From Stegostoma tigrinum (lineage: Eukaryota): a DNA stretch of 64,000 bases. This document shows, piece by piece, positions 13,601-26,475 of the stretch. The DNA is taken from NCBI RefSeq assembly GCF_030684315.1, contig NC_081396.1:1488001-1552000 (forward strand). The letters run 5' to 3'. Positions within the stretch are counted from its first letter, which is position 1. Each line of letters opens with the position of its first letter. The notes under the pieces were generated by a model. It saw nothing but the letters and a program-made list of their open reading frames with translations, ran no database searches and was not told the origin of the DNA. The translations under genes and the position numbers were made by a program.

Positions 13601-16465
13601 CATGGACAATCAAGTGACCGTTTCCGTCTTTATCCATGAACACATCGCTTCCTGTGACCTCCCCTCCACTGCCTCCAGCCCGCACTGCTAGGTTCGAAAA
13701 TCTCTCCAAGACCCACAAGCCAAACGATCCTGGCCGATCCATTGTCTCTGCATGTGCCTGCCCAATCAAACTCATCGCTTACTTTACGCCTCCTGTTATC
13801 CTGACAGCTCCCCGACATCTTCCATTCCACAGACCTGAAACAAACCCGTCGAAACATAATAAATGTGAGGTCCCACCATTCACATTTTCCACCCCATCAG
13901 CCTTTGCATCCAATGTATCATTCTCAAACACTTCTGCCAACTCCAATTCAACTCCAAACCCACCCCAAGTGTCTTCGACTTCACAGCCGTTTCTGCCTTC
14001 TGCAAGGACCATTCCCATTATTAACCCTGAGTTAAAGCCACACTCCCCATCAAATACTTCAGCCCACCCAGCAACTTCCCCTGTAATCATAAAAGATGCA
14101 ACCTCTGAGCACACATCATCTCCCTCACCTCCATACTTGGCTGAAAACAGAGATTTCAAGTGAGACCGGGCTTTATCTGCATCTTCCCCAACCTGATCTA
14201 TTTCATCTGTTTCTCCCTGTGTGGTCCTCTCCGTGTCATTGAGAATAAATGTAGACTATGTGACAGTTTCACTGAGCATCTCCACCCATTTCAACGCCAC
14301 CCCAACTCCACCTCCTACATGTCCATCCTCGCCCTCTTCCAGTGTCGCAGGCAATTGGAAAAAAAATTAAAAACAACATCTTATCTTCCACCTGTGCATA
14401 TTGCAGACCGGAGGAGGTCTTCTCCAAATTAAACTAACTTTCCCACCCATCCCCTGGCTTCCCCAACACCCCTACCTCTTACCTTCAATTCCACCTCCCT
14501 TCCAAACAATTACCGGATTCATTCCTATCGTCGACCAACCAGTTCGTATTTACTAACATTGTCGACTTGATAAAATAGCAGGGTCTGTGTGGAACCAGAG
14601 GAGATGAATAAGTCACTCAACGAATATTTCACTTCAGTATGTGATGTGGAGAAAGACATGAAAGTTTTAGAATTTCTGGAGATAAGTAGTGATGGCTTGA
14701 AAATGTTCCAAAGACAGAAGAGGAGATCGTGAGATCTTGAAAAGCCAAAACATTGATAAATCACCGGGACCTGATACACTGCATCTTAAGACACTTTTGG
14801 AAGTTAAGGAAGAAATTGTGGAGCCCCGAAGAGAGATACTTGTGTCATCAACATCTGTAGGTGGATGTTGGCACACTGCAGGGTGACTAATATTGTCTTT
14901 TTCATTTAAGAAAGGAAACAAGGAAAAGTCTGGAGTCCACAGTCCGCTAAGAAGAGAAGTGAATGTAGGGTAAATTGTTGGAGGGAATTCTGAGAGACAA
15001 GATTTACATTTGTGCGGGTAGCTGGGACTTCATTAGGGATAGTCAACATCGTTTTCTGCAGGGAAATTGCCTCAAAAAGTTGTTTGAGTTTTTTTTTTAG
15101 CTTTTGCGGACATGGCCAGGAAGATACATGAGTACAGAGCAATAGATTTTGTCTATGTAGACTTTAGCAAGGCCTTTGTAACGGTGATTCATGATAGTCT
15201 GTTTAATGAAATTACTTCGCATGGGATCCAGGGAAATCTGGCTAACTGGGTAAAAAGAAATGGCTTGGCAGCAGAAGACAGATTGTGGCAGGCAGTGAGA
15301 TTTTGTTTTTCTGAATGAAGACCTACGATCATTTGTGTTGACAGTTTTAGGTTTGGATGAAGATTTGGGAAACAAGGTTAATAAGTTTTCGGTTGACACC
15401 AAAAGCAGTGGTATAGTAAATACTGAACAATGTTATCATAGAGACCAATGAGATATTGATCATTTGGCCAAATGGGCTGAGGAATGCCAAATGTAGTTTA
15501 ATTTTGATAAATGCGATGTGCTGCAAACAAGGGCAGGATTGTTACAATTCGTAGTTGGGCCTTGGATCATTTACAGACACCTATGGGCTTAAGTACATAA
15601 TTTCCTCCAACTGGCGTTGCATGAGACAAGTTAATGAAGAAGACGTTTGGCACGTCTAGCTTCATTTGTCAGCACATTGAGTTTAGGTGTGGGCACATCA
15701 TGATGCGACTCAGAAGATGTTGGTGAGACCATTTCTATGTACTGTATACATCTCTGGACACCCTGCTATGTGAATGATACTATTCATTTGGATAGAACGC
15801 AGAAAAGGTTGACAAAAATATCACTGCGGCTGGAGGATCTGAGTTATAAGGAGAGAATGGATGGGCTAGGATATTTTCCTTGGAGTTAACGAGATTCAGG
15901 GGGACTTCAGGTGCTTTATAAATCCTAAAACGACATCGATATGGTGAATAGCAATGGTCGTTGCCCCCAGATTAAGGGAATTCAAAGTAGTTTAAGGTAA
16001 ATGGGAAAAGATACGAAAGGGCCTAAGGGACATTTTTTTTAAACAACAAATGTGTGTCAGATGCAGAATAAACTATCAGAGGAAACGATAGATGCAGTTA
16101 CAATAATTTAAGAAAGAAATTCGCACATTTACTGAAAAAGCAAAATTTTAGAGGGACAATAACAGACTTTTCTGGAGAATTCCAGTAGGTCTAGCAACAT
16201 GTGTGAAGCAAAAATCTCAGAGTTAACGTTTCTGGTCCGGAGGAAGGGCCACCAGATCCGAAATGTCAACTCTCCAATTGTTCTTCACAGATTCTTCTTA
16301 ACCTGCTGAGCTTTTGTACCAACTTCTGGTTTTGTTCTGGATTTACAGCGTGTTCAGTTCTTTAGGTTTTTAATAAGGTTTAGATGGGTATGGGTCAAAA
16401 CTAGCCAAATGGGACTAGTTGTTTTTGGGGTCCGCATGGACGAGTTGAATTGAAGGGTATGATTT
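10700..16465 (+). mobile_element. Near-full-length decayed CR1/HER-type LINE with nested Penelope inserts
   Basis: ORF1 esterase remnant (CL..ARIKDVSE, ~11240), endonuclease remnant (NFNFPNID, ~12215), RT remnant (DFVYVDFSKAF, ~15145) and typical 3' tail (~16380-16465); many stops and frameshifts. Confidence 0.75.
12870..14575 (+). mobile_element. Penelope (Neptune-type) relic nested in the LINE
   Basis: C-rich RT/EN remnants (KTHKPNDPGRSIVSACACP; 'NLIYFICFSLCG.L') and an inverted pLTR at 12880-12990. Confidence 0.65.
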
Positions 16466-16594
16466 CGTGCTGTATGCCTTTCTGCCGCGATGACAGTTAG
16501 CCTCACCGCCTCTCTCATTCCATGGCAGATGTGTGATCCCTGTGGTTCAATTAGGCTACAAGCGATTTTCTTCAACTGGCCATGTCTGTGTTCA

Positions 16595-16950
16595 TAAATT
16601 CTTTTTTCTTAATTAATTTATGAGGTAGAGGTTTCGCTTTGTGGAGTATTTATTACCCATCCCTAATTGCCCAGCGAGCAGTTGAGTATCAGACACATTA
16701 CTATGGATCTGGGATCACTTCTAGGCAAGACCAGGCAAAGATGGCAGTGCTCTTCCCAAAAGATATTTATGAACCAGACATGTTTATCCAACTATCAGCA
16801 AGTGTTTCATAGTTATCAACAGACTCTTAATTCCAGACATTTATTGAATTGAAATTCCACCATCTGCCATGGCAGGATTCGAACATAGAATATGATCTTG
16901 ATCTATGCTTTAACAGTCCAGTGATAACACTAATAGACCGTTGCCTCCCC
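16595..16950 (-). mobile_element. Shark SINE (decayed)
   Basis: 'cccatccctaattgccc...ggcaaagatggcag...gactcttaattccagac...ggattcgaac...ccagtgataacac'; related copy at ~38900-39200. Confidence 0.6.
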
Positions 16951-17684
16951 TAAGTGTTTCACTATGTAGTTTATTGTTACTAAACCAGTCTGGATCTTCA
17001 TATAATAAAAAAAACATGCCTGTTCCTGTTCATATTATACTCGTCTCTTTCCGAATCAAAACATCCACGAACATGCAATATTAGACATATGTTACCCATG
17101 TCTCCAATATATGTGAATTTAATGCTGCTGATCTAAACCACGTATCATGCACAACTTAGCTTATTGATTGCTCGCTTTCCTTCCTACCACGCCACTTATA
17201 AACTTGTGCTCAAGTGAAATCAGACTAAATAATTTAGAAAGTCCTTCTACATATGTACTTCAGCTGAAAATAAAGAGACATGCAGTTCTTCATGACGCAG
17301 AGCTTGCATTGCCTACTCTTCTATTTAATGAATAATGGTCCCACACACGCCAGATCCAAATCTATTGAAATAACTAGTTGGTTTTAAAGCTAAAATATTT
17401 CCCAATAAACAAAAGTTTGAAATGAATTTTATATCCATACACAAAGAATTTGGACCATGAAAGAAATGGAAAAGTTTCATTTTAGGTTGGTGATTGGACC
17501 TCATCTCAGTATCTGCAGTAAACAGTTCCACTTGATACAGACTCAAAGGCATTGTGAGGTGAGAGGAGATGGTGGAGGTTGCCGTTCATCGACAACTATT
17601 ACATCATCCTTAATTTCAAAGGAAAGCATAGAACCGTGAAATAGCTTATTTCATTTGAATGCAAGCCAGATGAATTTTGAAACT

Positions 17685-17719
17685 TAATTATCCCTCTGGA
17701 GACTCCCACTAGGAATAAA
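17685..17719 (+). promoter_or_regulatory. Conserved GPCR promoter cassette
   Basis: TAATTA-TC-CCTCTGGAGA-(11 nt)-AATAAA, 73 nt before the start-codon position (17792). Confidence 0.7.
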
Positions 17720-17791
17720 TGAAGGAGAACTTGAATGTTGAGCAGTGTTGAGCTACACACTTGGAGGAAACAATTTTGCTTCTAAAAGGTG

Positions 17792-17861
17792 ATTCACGGG
17801 AAAGCCACTGAAACCTTCTATGCCATCTGTTATCCTATTATCGCGGTTATCGGTGTTCCTG
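17792..17861 (+). CDS. GPR139-like GPCR paralog 2, exon 1 (start codon ATG>ATT)
   Basis: (I)HGKATETFYAICYPIIAVIGVP+G, 70 nt, GTAAGG donor at 17862. An in-frame TAA at 17783-17785 excludes an upstream ATG. Confidence 0.75.
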
Positions 17862-19274
17862 GTAAGGAATATGTAAAAAAAAAACATATTTATTCTTGTG
17901 AAGCAAATTGTCTCCTCTTTCAGGACAAAAATGACATTTTTGCTACAACATTAAATGCTGTCTGAATAAGGACATAAACTAATTCCCAATATATTTCTGT
18001 GCCTTTTAAGTAATTGTACTCCGTGGTACTCAATGAGAGCACATCATTTGAGCTGGGTCCATTGAACATTAAAGGATACAATTCAATTTTTTATTCGTTA
18101 TTCATGGAATTACTATTGAGCCAATGACTGAAAAATGGATCTTATTGTGGAACTTGCGATATCAATGTGTCATCATGGTGGAAGTTAGTTTTTACACCAT
18201 GACAGCAATCTGCAAACTTATCTATGTTTTTAAAATAATACTATATCTTGCCATACAGTGATATGCAGTTAGTACTGTTGTCTCAATGCAGTATGGAAAA
18301 TTAATTTTGACAACATAATCACCACACTACCTGAATTGTAATAACAACATATTTCCAATCAATGTAGGAATTTGTCTTGCAATCTCAGAATGAAAGAGGT
18401 ATCAGGAGCAGTATAGTGAGGTCTAATCGTTTTTTCCTCATTTTTGTTGAACTATTTGGAATTAAGCTCAGAAACTATTGAAAGTTTAAGACACACTTGC
18501 AAGATGTTTCATCTGCTGTGTTTGTTGTTTGCACGTCGAGATTTGTGCAGTTTAAGTAGCAATAGATTTGATGACTATGGAATGGGATTTCCCTGGAAAG
18601 GTTTACATTTGTTGACACTCCCTGCTTATTAGCTTGGAAGGTAGACTTACTGTAGCTGCATTTCATGTGGTGTGGTCAATTGCAGTTCAAATATATCTAT
18701 ATTTTTTACTCAGAGATGCAAATTCCTTATTCAAGACGAAAGGTATCTCTGGTGACGGAGGTTTGTTAGAAGGAACGTCTTAAGCAAGAAAGAAAAGAGG
18801 GATTATATGAGTAACTAAATACCAGAGACTTAGACTTTCACAGTTAAATTCACAAATGACCGTGATAAAGAGTTGAAAATCAGAAATGCAGAAGGTACGA
18901 CAATTAGAGGGTCTCTGAGAAATATGGTTGTTCTGGAACTTCAGTAGGACCTCAGTAGAGAGAGGATGAGGCGTTTCAAATGTCGAAGTTCCATGATGTC
19001 AAATCCTTGAAAATACCAGTCTAGGAGCCAATTTAGGTGAATAAACACAAAGCAGCTGGGTCGACAGGGATTGTCATGAATAAAAGCAACGAGTTGCAAA
19101 TCGTTTGCTGAAATATTAGTACAGTGTCGTGAGAGCATATTTTGTGGTGGGATCAATGTTTATGCTTTAAAGTGGCAAACAAATTCAAAATGTTTCAGGA
19201 TATGTGGAATTCGCAGATAGTATGCGATAGACCGGGCCATTGCAATCAGCAATTGGAGAGATGAGCTCAGTCAG

Positions 19275-19750
19275 CAATAGAATCAGAGAGCTGTACAGAA
19301 TGGAAACAGACCCTTTTGTCCAACTTATCCATGCCGACCAGATTTCTAACATTGGCCTCTTCCCATTTGTCAGTCGTTGGCTCACATTCGTAAAAGCTAT
19401 TACTATTCATGTACACATCCAGATGCCTTTTAATTGTCTTAATTGCACCAGCAGCCATCATTTCCACTGGCTGCTCATTCCAAATACGCACCACCCTCTG
19501 CGTGAAAAATTGATAACTTAAGTCCCTTATACATCTTTCCCCTCTCACTTTAAGCCTACACCCTCTAATAAAGGGCTCCGTTGCTGTGAATAAAATACCT
19601 TTGTTATTCATTCTATGTTTGCCCACCATGATTTGATTAACTTCTCTCAGTTCACCCCTCAACCTCCGATGCTCCAGGGAAAATCATTCCCGGTTATTGA
19701 GCCTATCGCTTCAGCTAAAACCCTTTAAACTCAGCAACACACTCAAAAAT
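19275..19750 (-). mobile_element. CR1/HER1 LINE 3' fragment in the GPCR intron
   Basis: Minus-strand peptide 'RGCRLKVRGER...FFTQRVVRIWNEQP', typical of the CR1 ORF2 C-terminus. Confidence 0.75.
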
Positions 19751-19785
19751 CATTGAGAAAAAAACACTCTTCTTCTTTTCTACAG

Positions 19786-20690
19786 CAAACCTGGCAGTGA
19801 TCATAATCCTATCGCAAGGACGATGTGGTCTTTCTCATTGCATCACCATCTATCTGCCCGCGTCAGCTGTGACCGACTTCCTTGTTATCATTTCTGGCTG
19901 TATCCTCAACAGAATTGGTGGAATCTACTTTTCGAATAGTGTTATGTTTACTACCCAAGGGTGCACCCTTAGTACAGTGCTCATTTATACCACTCGCGAT
20001 GGGTCAGTTTGGCTTACTGTGGCCTTCACCATCGACCGCTTTGTGTCTATCCGTTGTCCCAGCCTAAAAATTAAGTATTGCACCCTAAAAACTGCTTCAT
20101 GGATCATAGGAATGCTCTGTGTCCTGAGCTGCGTCAAGAACGTCCCATATTATTTTGTCTTTCAGCCATTGTACGTGGTGGATGGAGTGCCATGGTTCTG
20201 CGACATCAAACCTATCTGTTACACATCTCCTGCCTGGCAGGCTTATGACTGGCTGGACCATATCTTAACTCCCTGTCTTCCGTTCCTTCTGATTCTGCTC
20301 CTGAATATCCTGACAGCGAGATACATCTTGGCAGCGAGCAGAATTCGTCAGAAGCTCTGTGTCACCAAGAATCATGGAGACTTAGAGATGACCAACCGCA
20401 AAAAGTCCATTGTCCTGCTCTTCGCCATCTCCCTTAGCTTCCTACTCTTGTGGGTAGCCTATATTGTGCATTATCTCTATGGACAGCTTACAGGTGAGGG
20501 ATATACAACGCCAAATGATCCATGGTACAGCTTTCAAGAGATGACCAACATGTTCCAGTTAGTCAACTCCTTGAACAATGTCTTCATCTTTGTTGTGACT
20601 CAGAAGAGATTCCGGGAGGAGGCGAAGAATCTAATAATGCATCCCTTCACTTGGCTCATTGGATGTTTTAAACATTGCAAAATAGACTGA
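19786..20690 (+). CDS. GPR139-like GPCR paralog 2, exon 2 (open frame; gene possibly pseudogenising)
   Basis: Acceptor 'cttttctacAG' ends at 19785. Frame continues ANLAVIIILSQGRCGLS...SVWLTVAFTIDRF...TPCLPFLLILLLN...FLLLW...NNVFIF.TQKRFR with seven hydrophobic segments. Spliced CDS is 975 nt (324 aa). Confidence 0.9.
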
Positions 20691-20754
20691 TTGGTCTTTT
20701 TTGTTCGTTGTTTCAAATCTATCATTGTGGCCTGTTGTGTCACACTCTTTGTCT

Positions 20755-20843
20755 CTTTCTTTCCTTTTCTCTTTCCTCCTTCCTTTTTTTCTTTCTTTCT
20801 TTATTTCTCCCTTCCTTCCTTCAATTCTGTTTTTCTTTCTTTC

Positions 20844-20879
<36 letters not shown>

Positions 20880-20936
20880 GTTCTTTCTCTCTTTCATCCT
20901 CCTTTTTTGACTCTTTCATTCTCTCTTTCTTTCTCA
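20755..20936 (+). repeat. (CTTT)n-rich simple repeat
   Basis: Degenerate CTTT tract just after the GPCR stop codon; explains the spurious F/S-rich and K/E/R-rich ORFs. Confidence 0.9.
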
Positions 20937-21164
20937 TTCAAATTCACACGATCTCTTTCACAATCACTCCTTCTGTCAAAGTCACGTCAGGAACATAATC
21001 TTTTCTCACCCTGTCTCACTCTCACTCAAACGCACAACCTTGCTCATATATAGTTCCTCACATAGTAACTCACATTCACTTACATCCATTGTTCAACTCA
21101 TTCAGAAAAGAATAATATTGACACACACAAACTTGCTCTCGTATGCATTCACACAGAGGACATA

Positions 21165-22580
21165 AAAATGGGTAACCATGGGCCCATTGGCTTAACTTAA
21201 ACTGTGACCAAAATGTTTGAATCTGTCAATTTAGAGGAAATACAGATAGATCTGGGTAGAAATTGTCCAAACGGGCAGACACTGAGAGGCTTCATGAGAG
21301 ACAGGAACATTTCATTCATACAGTCGAAATTTATTGAGAATATTAATATTACTGGTGTGGTGGGACAACAGGGACCCGGGAGATCTGTTGTATCTGAATT
21401 TCCAGAGGACATTCAACAAAGTGATGCATGAAAGACTGATGCATAAGATAAGGCTACACAGCGTTACAGGTGTTGTACTAGCATGGACAGATGATAGGTT
21501 AGCTAACAGAAAGCAAAGTGTATGCATAAAAGCGTGTCTTCCTTCTTTCTTGTTTGGTATTCACTGTCTGGTGATGTGCATCAGAATTCAGTGTTTGGGA
21601 CCGCTATATGTTATAATTTACAATGTTGATTTGGAATTGGGGGCCAAGTGTCATGTGTTAGATTTCACCGAGGAGATTTAAATAACTGATACAGTAGATT
21701 GGGCAGACGACACTGAGAGTTTGCAGAGGGATATATGAGCTAAGTTTTTGAGCAAAAATCTAGCGTTTGGAACATAATGTTTTTCAATGTGAGCTCATCC
21801 ATTTAAGAGGGATAACAACAGAATGGTGAATGGTGACAGCATGCTGCAGTGCACAGGGAGCTCGTTGTTCTGTTGAACTAGTACAAAAGGCTGGTTTACA
21901 GGTACCAAATGTAATTCAGAACGGAAATGTAACATTTTCCTTCATTGCTAGAGGGATGGATATAAAACGCAGAAAGGTGATGCTGCAGCTGTATACGGTT
22001 AGAGTGAATGCCACAAATGGAGCACGAATAATCATGAAGGCTTTCTTACCTGTGAAGAAATGTGCTGGCAGTGGAAGAGAGCAGAGGCAATTCACTCGAT
22101 TTGTTCATGGAATTTGGGAGGATTGGCTTATGAGGAGAGGATCAGTGCACTAGAACAACATGAATTGCAACTTATAAAAAGAAAAGGGAGGGTATGTTAT
22201 ATAAACAGATACATTGAGGAGGGAATAGATAAGATAGAAATAGGGAGGTTGTTACCACTGATTGGTGGTGAGGCGGGGAAGTGGTGAAACCAGAACTAAG
22301 GGGTATAGCCTCAAAAGAAGTTGGAACAGATTTAAGACTGAGCTGAGTGGAAAATTCTTCACCCAAAGCACTGTGAATCTTTGGAATCCCTTATCTCTGA
22401 AGCAATTGAAGTTACTTCACTTCTTGAGACAATCATGGATAGATTTTTGAAGATTAAACGAATTAAGGTTTATGGTCAACATGCGGTTTAGTGGGGCTGA
22501 ATCCATTAAAACATCAGCCATGATTTCATTCAATGATGCCAGAGGGCCAATGGGCCAGGTCTCTTACTCCTGTTTCTGTT
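21165..22580 (+). mobile_element. Decayed CR1 LINE (RT to 3' end)
   Basis: 'DLLYLNFQRTFNKVMHERLMHKIRLHSV.G.VLAW..D.LANRKQ.V' and 'TRTKGYSLK...FFTQSTVNLWN'. Confidence 0.75.
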
Positions 22581-22711
22581 CTCATTTGCTGGAATTCATA
22601 TGTTCTCCGTTGATGCATCAGCATGGTCTTAGGGCCCTTCATTTGATACATGTGAGGCATGGCCAAACAATATTTGCCACTGCACAGTTTGCATGTTGTT
22701 TCAGACAAAAA

Positions 22712-22890
22712 CGGGGTAGAGCTGGATGACCACAGCAGGCCAAGCAGCATGATGGGAGCACGTAGGCTGACGTTTCGGGCCTAGACCCTTCATCAGAAAG
22801 GGTCCTATGATGCTGCTTGGCAAGCTGTGTTCATCCATCTCTATACCTTGTTATCTCGGATTCTCCAGCATCTGTAGTTCCTACTATCTC
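22712..22890. mobile_element. Fold-back Penelope pLTR mini-element
   Basis: ~45-bp inverted arms ('gagctggatgaccacagcaggccaagcagcat' / 'atgctgcttggcaagctgtgttcatccatctc') around a hammerhead motif. Confidence 0.7.
22766..22797 (-). ncRNA. Minimal type I hammerhead ribozyme (Penelope pLTR)
   Basis: Minus strand reads CTGATGA-A-GGGTC-TA-GGCCC-GAAAC-GTC-AGC: intact catalytic core, stem II and GUC cleavage triplet. Confidence 0.7.
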
Positions 22891-23430
22891 TTAGTGACTT
22901 TATAAACTTTTATAAGATCATCCCTCACCCTGCCACGCTCATGTAAAATAAATAAATATATACAGGAAAAAAAAATGACAGCCTCTCAAACCTCTCCTTG
23001 GAATTCAAACCTTCCAGTTCATCTGTAGTATTGTGGTGTGTCTGCCTATATTACACAAGTGGAATATTAAACTGACAGCACACTCAAGTGCAACTCTGTT
23101 CTTATTTCTTGAAATTTAAATTTAGTGGCCAGGAAAATGCACCAGAGCTGTTGAACAAATTTTATGACTGAAACAATGAATTCGATGCACTCAAAGATTA
23201 ACCAAAATATGGAACAAATTTCCAGAGAAAGTATTCCAGATAAAGTAAATTCAAGCCAAAAATAAAAGTTGCTGGATAAAATGCAACAGCTCTGACACGA
23301 TCTATAGAATGAAATCAGAGTTAAATTTCCAGATCAAACGACCATTATTCAGTACTGATTGCAGTGAGATAATTGTTGGTGTATATACCAGAGAGTGGGT
23401 GGGTAGAGAAGAAAAGTCAACTATAGGTCG

Positions 23431-23583
23431 NNNNNNNNNNNNNNNNNNNNNNNNNNNNNNNNNNNNNNNNNNNNNNNNNNNNNNNNNNNNNNNNNNNNNN
23501 NNNNNNNNNNNNNNNNNNNNNNNNNNNNNNNNNNNNNNNNNNNNNNNNNNNNNNNNNNNNNNNNNNNNNNNNNNNNNNNNNNN
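23431..23583. other. Assembly gap
   Basis: Run of N. Confidence 1.
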
Positions 23584-25679
23584 AATGTGTGAAGTGTCTC
23601 TTAGAAGTAGAGCAAGCTACTAATGGGGATGTTATTGGTTAGTTGTTTGTGATTGCAGGCAATGTGATCACAGTGCCCAGGATTTCAGTAAAGCATTGGG
23701 GTAGGAAGTCGGAAGAACTTGTTCAGGCCGAAAGATTATTGAACTCGACTTTGAATCCAGAAGCTTGCAATATTTACAAGCGGAAAATGAACCGTTCATC
23801 CTCTTTGTGATGAAAACATCAGCCTATTACTTGGAGAATGATCGCAGTGTCGAGACAGAGACATTGACCAAGGCACACATTGATGTATTGAAATGGCAGG
23901 CAACCAAAAGTTCATTGTTAATTTGTGAACAGATTGTCGGAATTCTGCAAAACTGTCGGCCAGTCTCCTCTTTCATCACCAAAAGTAAAGCACAAAACAT
24001 TGTGAGCTCCGGTCGCTCCCTGGAATTTTACTGGTACCAGCACATGTAGTAACTGCTCGTGTCAAAACTCACTGGTTTCAGAGGTACTGGTCAAAGATAC
24101 CGGTTTCAGCTATAGTTTTCCCTGCCTTCTACTGAGACAAACCCAAACCCGATAGTGCAAGTAGGAGGGACAATCATTACTCATTAAACACGTATGATTT
24201 CTGGTGAAATTCTCAAGCTCCCATCCCACCCGCACATGGGGGAGCGGATTATCAGGGAAATTGAAAACCTTGCTAAATTTTGAGAATTTGTTTGGAGTTG
24301 TACATTGGATAAGAGAACATGAGATCTCCATGCTATCATGCTTCCTGTGACTGTGGTATATGAGACAGTCTGACCTCCACTCACTCACTGAAAAAGTATT
24401 TGGAAAATTATTGAATTCTGATCCTCATGCACAAAAAGTTGTGATTCGAAAGAACAGAGGCTTGTTTGAGGAATCAGGTTGCTGGATGCATGGAATCGAC
24501 TTCTGATGTAAATACACGAGATTCTGCCCACCTATCACGACCTTGGAACCAATATTATTTCTGTGCCAGTGACGGAGAAATTGTGTGAATTGGAAGCGGC
24601 TGCCTGTCACTCGATAAAAAGACTCATTTATGCCAACTCTGTTTCCTGCTTGTCAACAAATTCTCAGTCATTGTGCCAACGCCTTATAGCCAGTCATTTA
24701 TTTCCCAAAAACATCTGATATGACAGTCTGACAAAAGTTTTCTGAAATTGCAAATACAGTGAATGCACTTGATCTCTCTCATTTATTCTATTCATTATGT
24801 CCTCGAAAAAGAAAAGGTTCACTGGGTTTGTGAAGAATGGTCTGTGTTCATAACCCATGCTGGGTTCAATAATACTTTAAAAATGTTCTGTTATCCCAAG
24901 AAATGCAGAGACACATGCATGTAGCAAAAGTTCGAGGCAACACGGCACAGTTCCTTTTAAGTATTCTGCCGTTCTATTAAATGAACCCCCTAATAGTGTG
25001 TTGGAAGCGATTACATTCTGTTTTATCAAAGGCTAGTTTGACGTGTCCCATGAATTAAAATAGATCGCGGCCTGCCACTGAGAAATTAAGGGTTTGCAAA
25101 GCGCTGAATCACACAGTTACAAATCAGCAATGCATCTCGTGCCTGATTGGCAGCATTCTGAGCTGACCCAATCTGATGCTCGAAGTCATGACAGTCAGGG
25201 AAGTTTATTCGTTCCTAAGAGTGGGAGTGCAATATTCAGTCAACTGCATCCATGGATTTGCAGCAGCAACTACAGTGTTTAGAGAGACTGCCATGAATTT
25301 GTGAAGGAATGCCAAACCAAACATTGCCAACAGTTATGATGGCATCACAATGATACAATATTACAATAGCCATTACTTTAGGGAACAATGGAAGTAGATG
25401 TATATGTTTATGTGCAAGTGTATGCCTACGTGTATCATGGACTGGGGATTTGAGTGTGCTCCATGCATGCATGCTTGACCACCTGTATATGCGTGCATTT
25501 CTGTCTGTGACTGTGTTTGCACCATTTGTGCGAGGAAGTATGTTCACACATATGTGTCTTTGTGTTTCTCTGTGTGTAAGCCTTCAGGATCACATGGCTG
25601 CTGCACCATTACGTTTATTCATGATGGCTCATCAGTTTCTGCACCAATTTCCCAACAGATCTTATTACTCAAACATTTA

Positions 25680-26320
25680 CTACAGTGTAAAGTTCACATA
25701 ATCTCATTGATATTGAACGAGTATCCACACACCATTGGGTTACATAATTCCATATATTCGTCACATTTTGTTTGGGGTTCGTTTAATCCCAACTGACCAA
25801 CAAATTTATTGGAACAATCCGAGTCTACTTCTATACTCAGGTATGTCTGCATTAAACAGGAGGTGAAACGCCCCCATGTTAGGATTATTTTGTCCTAAAA
25901 CCTGCACCACGGCAAAAGTAATTACTGCATACTTATTAAACATCACCAAATCGAAATAAACCGTGTATATCTGTATTGTTTCCGGATGCACTGCTCTGAG
26001 AAACTGTCCCAAATGCCGACTTACATGGTATCTTCCAGACAACAATTTCAGCAATCCGATTTATCCCGTTCATTTAATTTTAAAATCGACCACAATGACA
26101 GAATTTATTTCATTTCAAACTGCTATTTTCAACACTCCAATATCTCTGCACTTCTTCACTTCTTCCCTGATCCACTTTATCCGATGAATCAAAGGCAGGT
26201 TTTCGGTTTGAAAGTTTGTAAACATTGATTTATTTCTATGCAATGCACCTTGCTTTCTGCTAGCATTTTCACCTTCTGTTATACTTTCCTTACACGTTTA
26301 TTTTATCGCCTGTTGTTTGT
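25680..26320 (-). mobile_element. Very old CR1 LINE endonuclease relic
   Basis: 'DLVMFNKYAVI..AVVQVLGQNNPNMGAF' resembles the CR1 motif LDLV..N....I...V..PLG.SDHNMI.F. Confidence 0.5.
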
Positions 26321-26475
26321 GGTACTTGATATTTTAATGAGAGCCATGCAAAGGTAAAGGAAACTGATCTACTAGGTTGCACAGTTTTGACACCGGAGCG
26401 ATAAAATCAAGCCGATTCGGGTATTCATTACTCCTATCTCGACTGTCACAACCATCTACTTTTTATGGATCCACA

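Noticed and set aside
13636-14163. 175-aa Pro/Ser-rich ORF
   Set aside because: Frameshifted read through a decayed C-rich Penelope relic.
20631-21053. Overlapping F/S-rich and K/E/R-rich ORFs
   Set aside because: Translations of the CTTT microsatellite.
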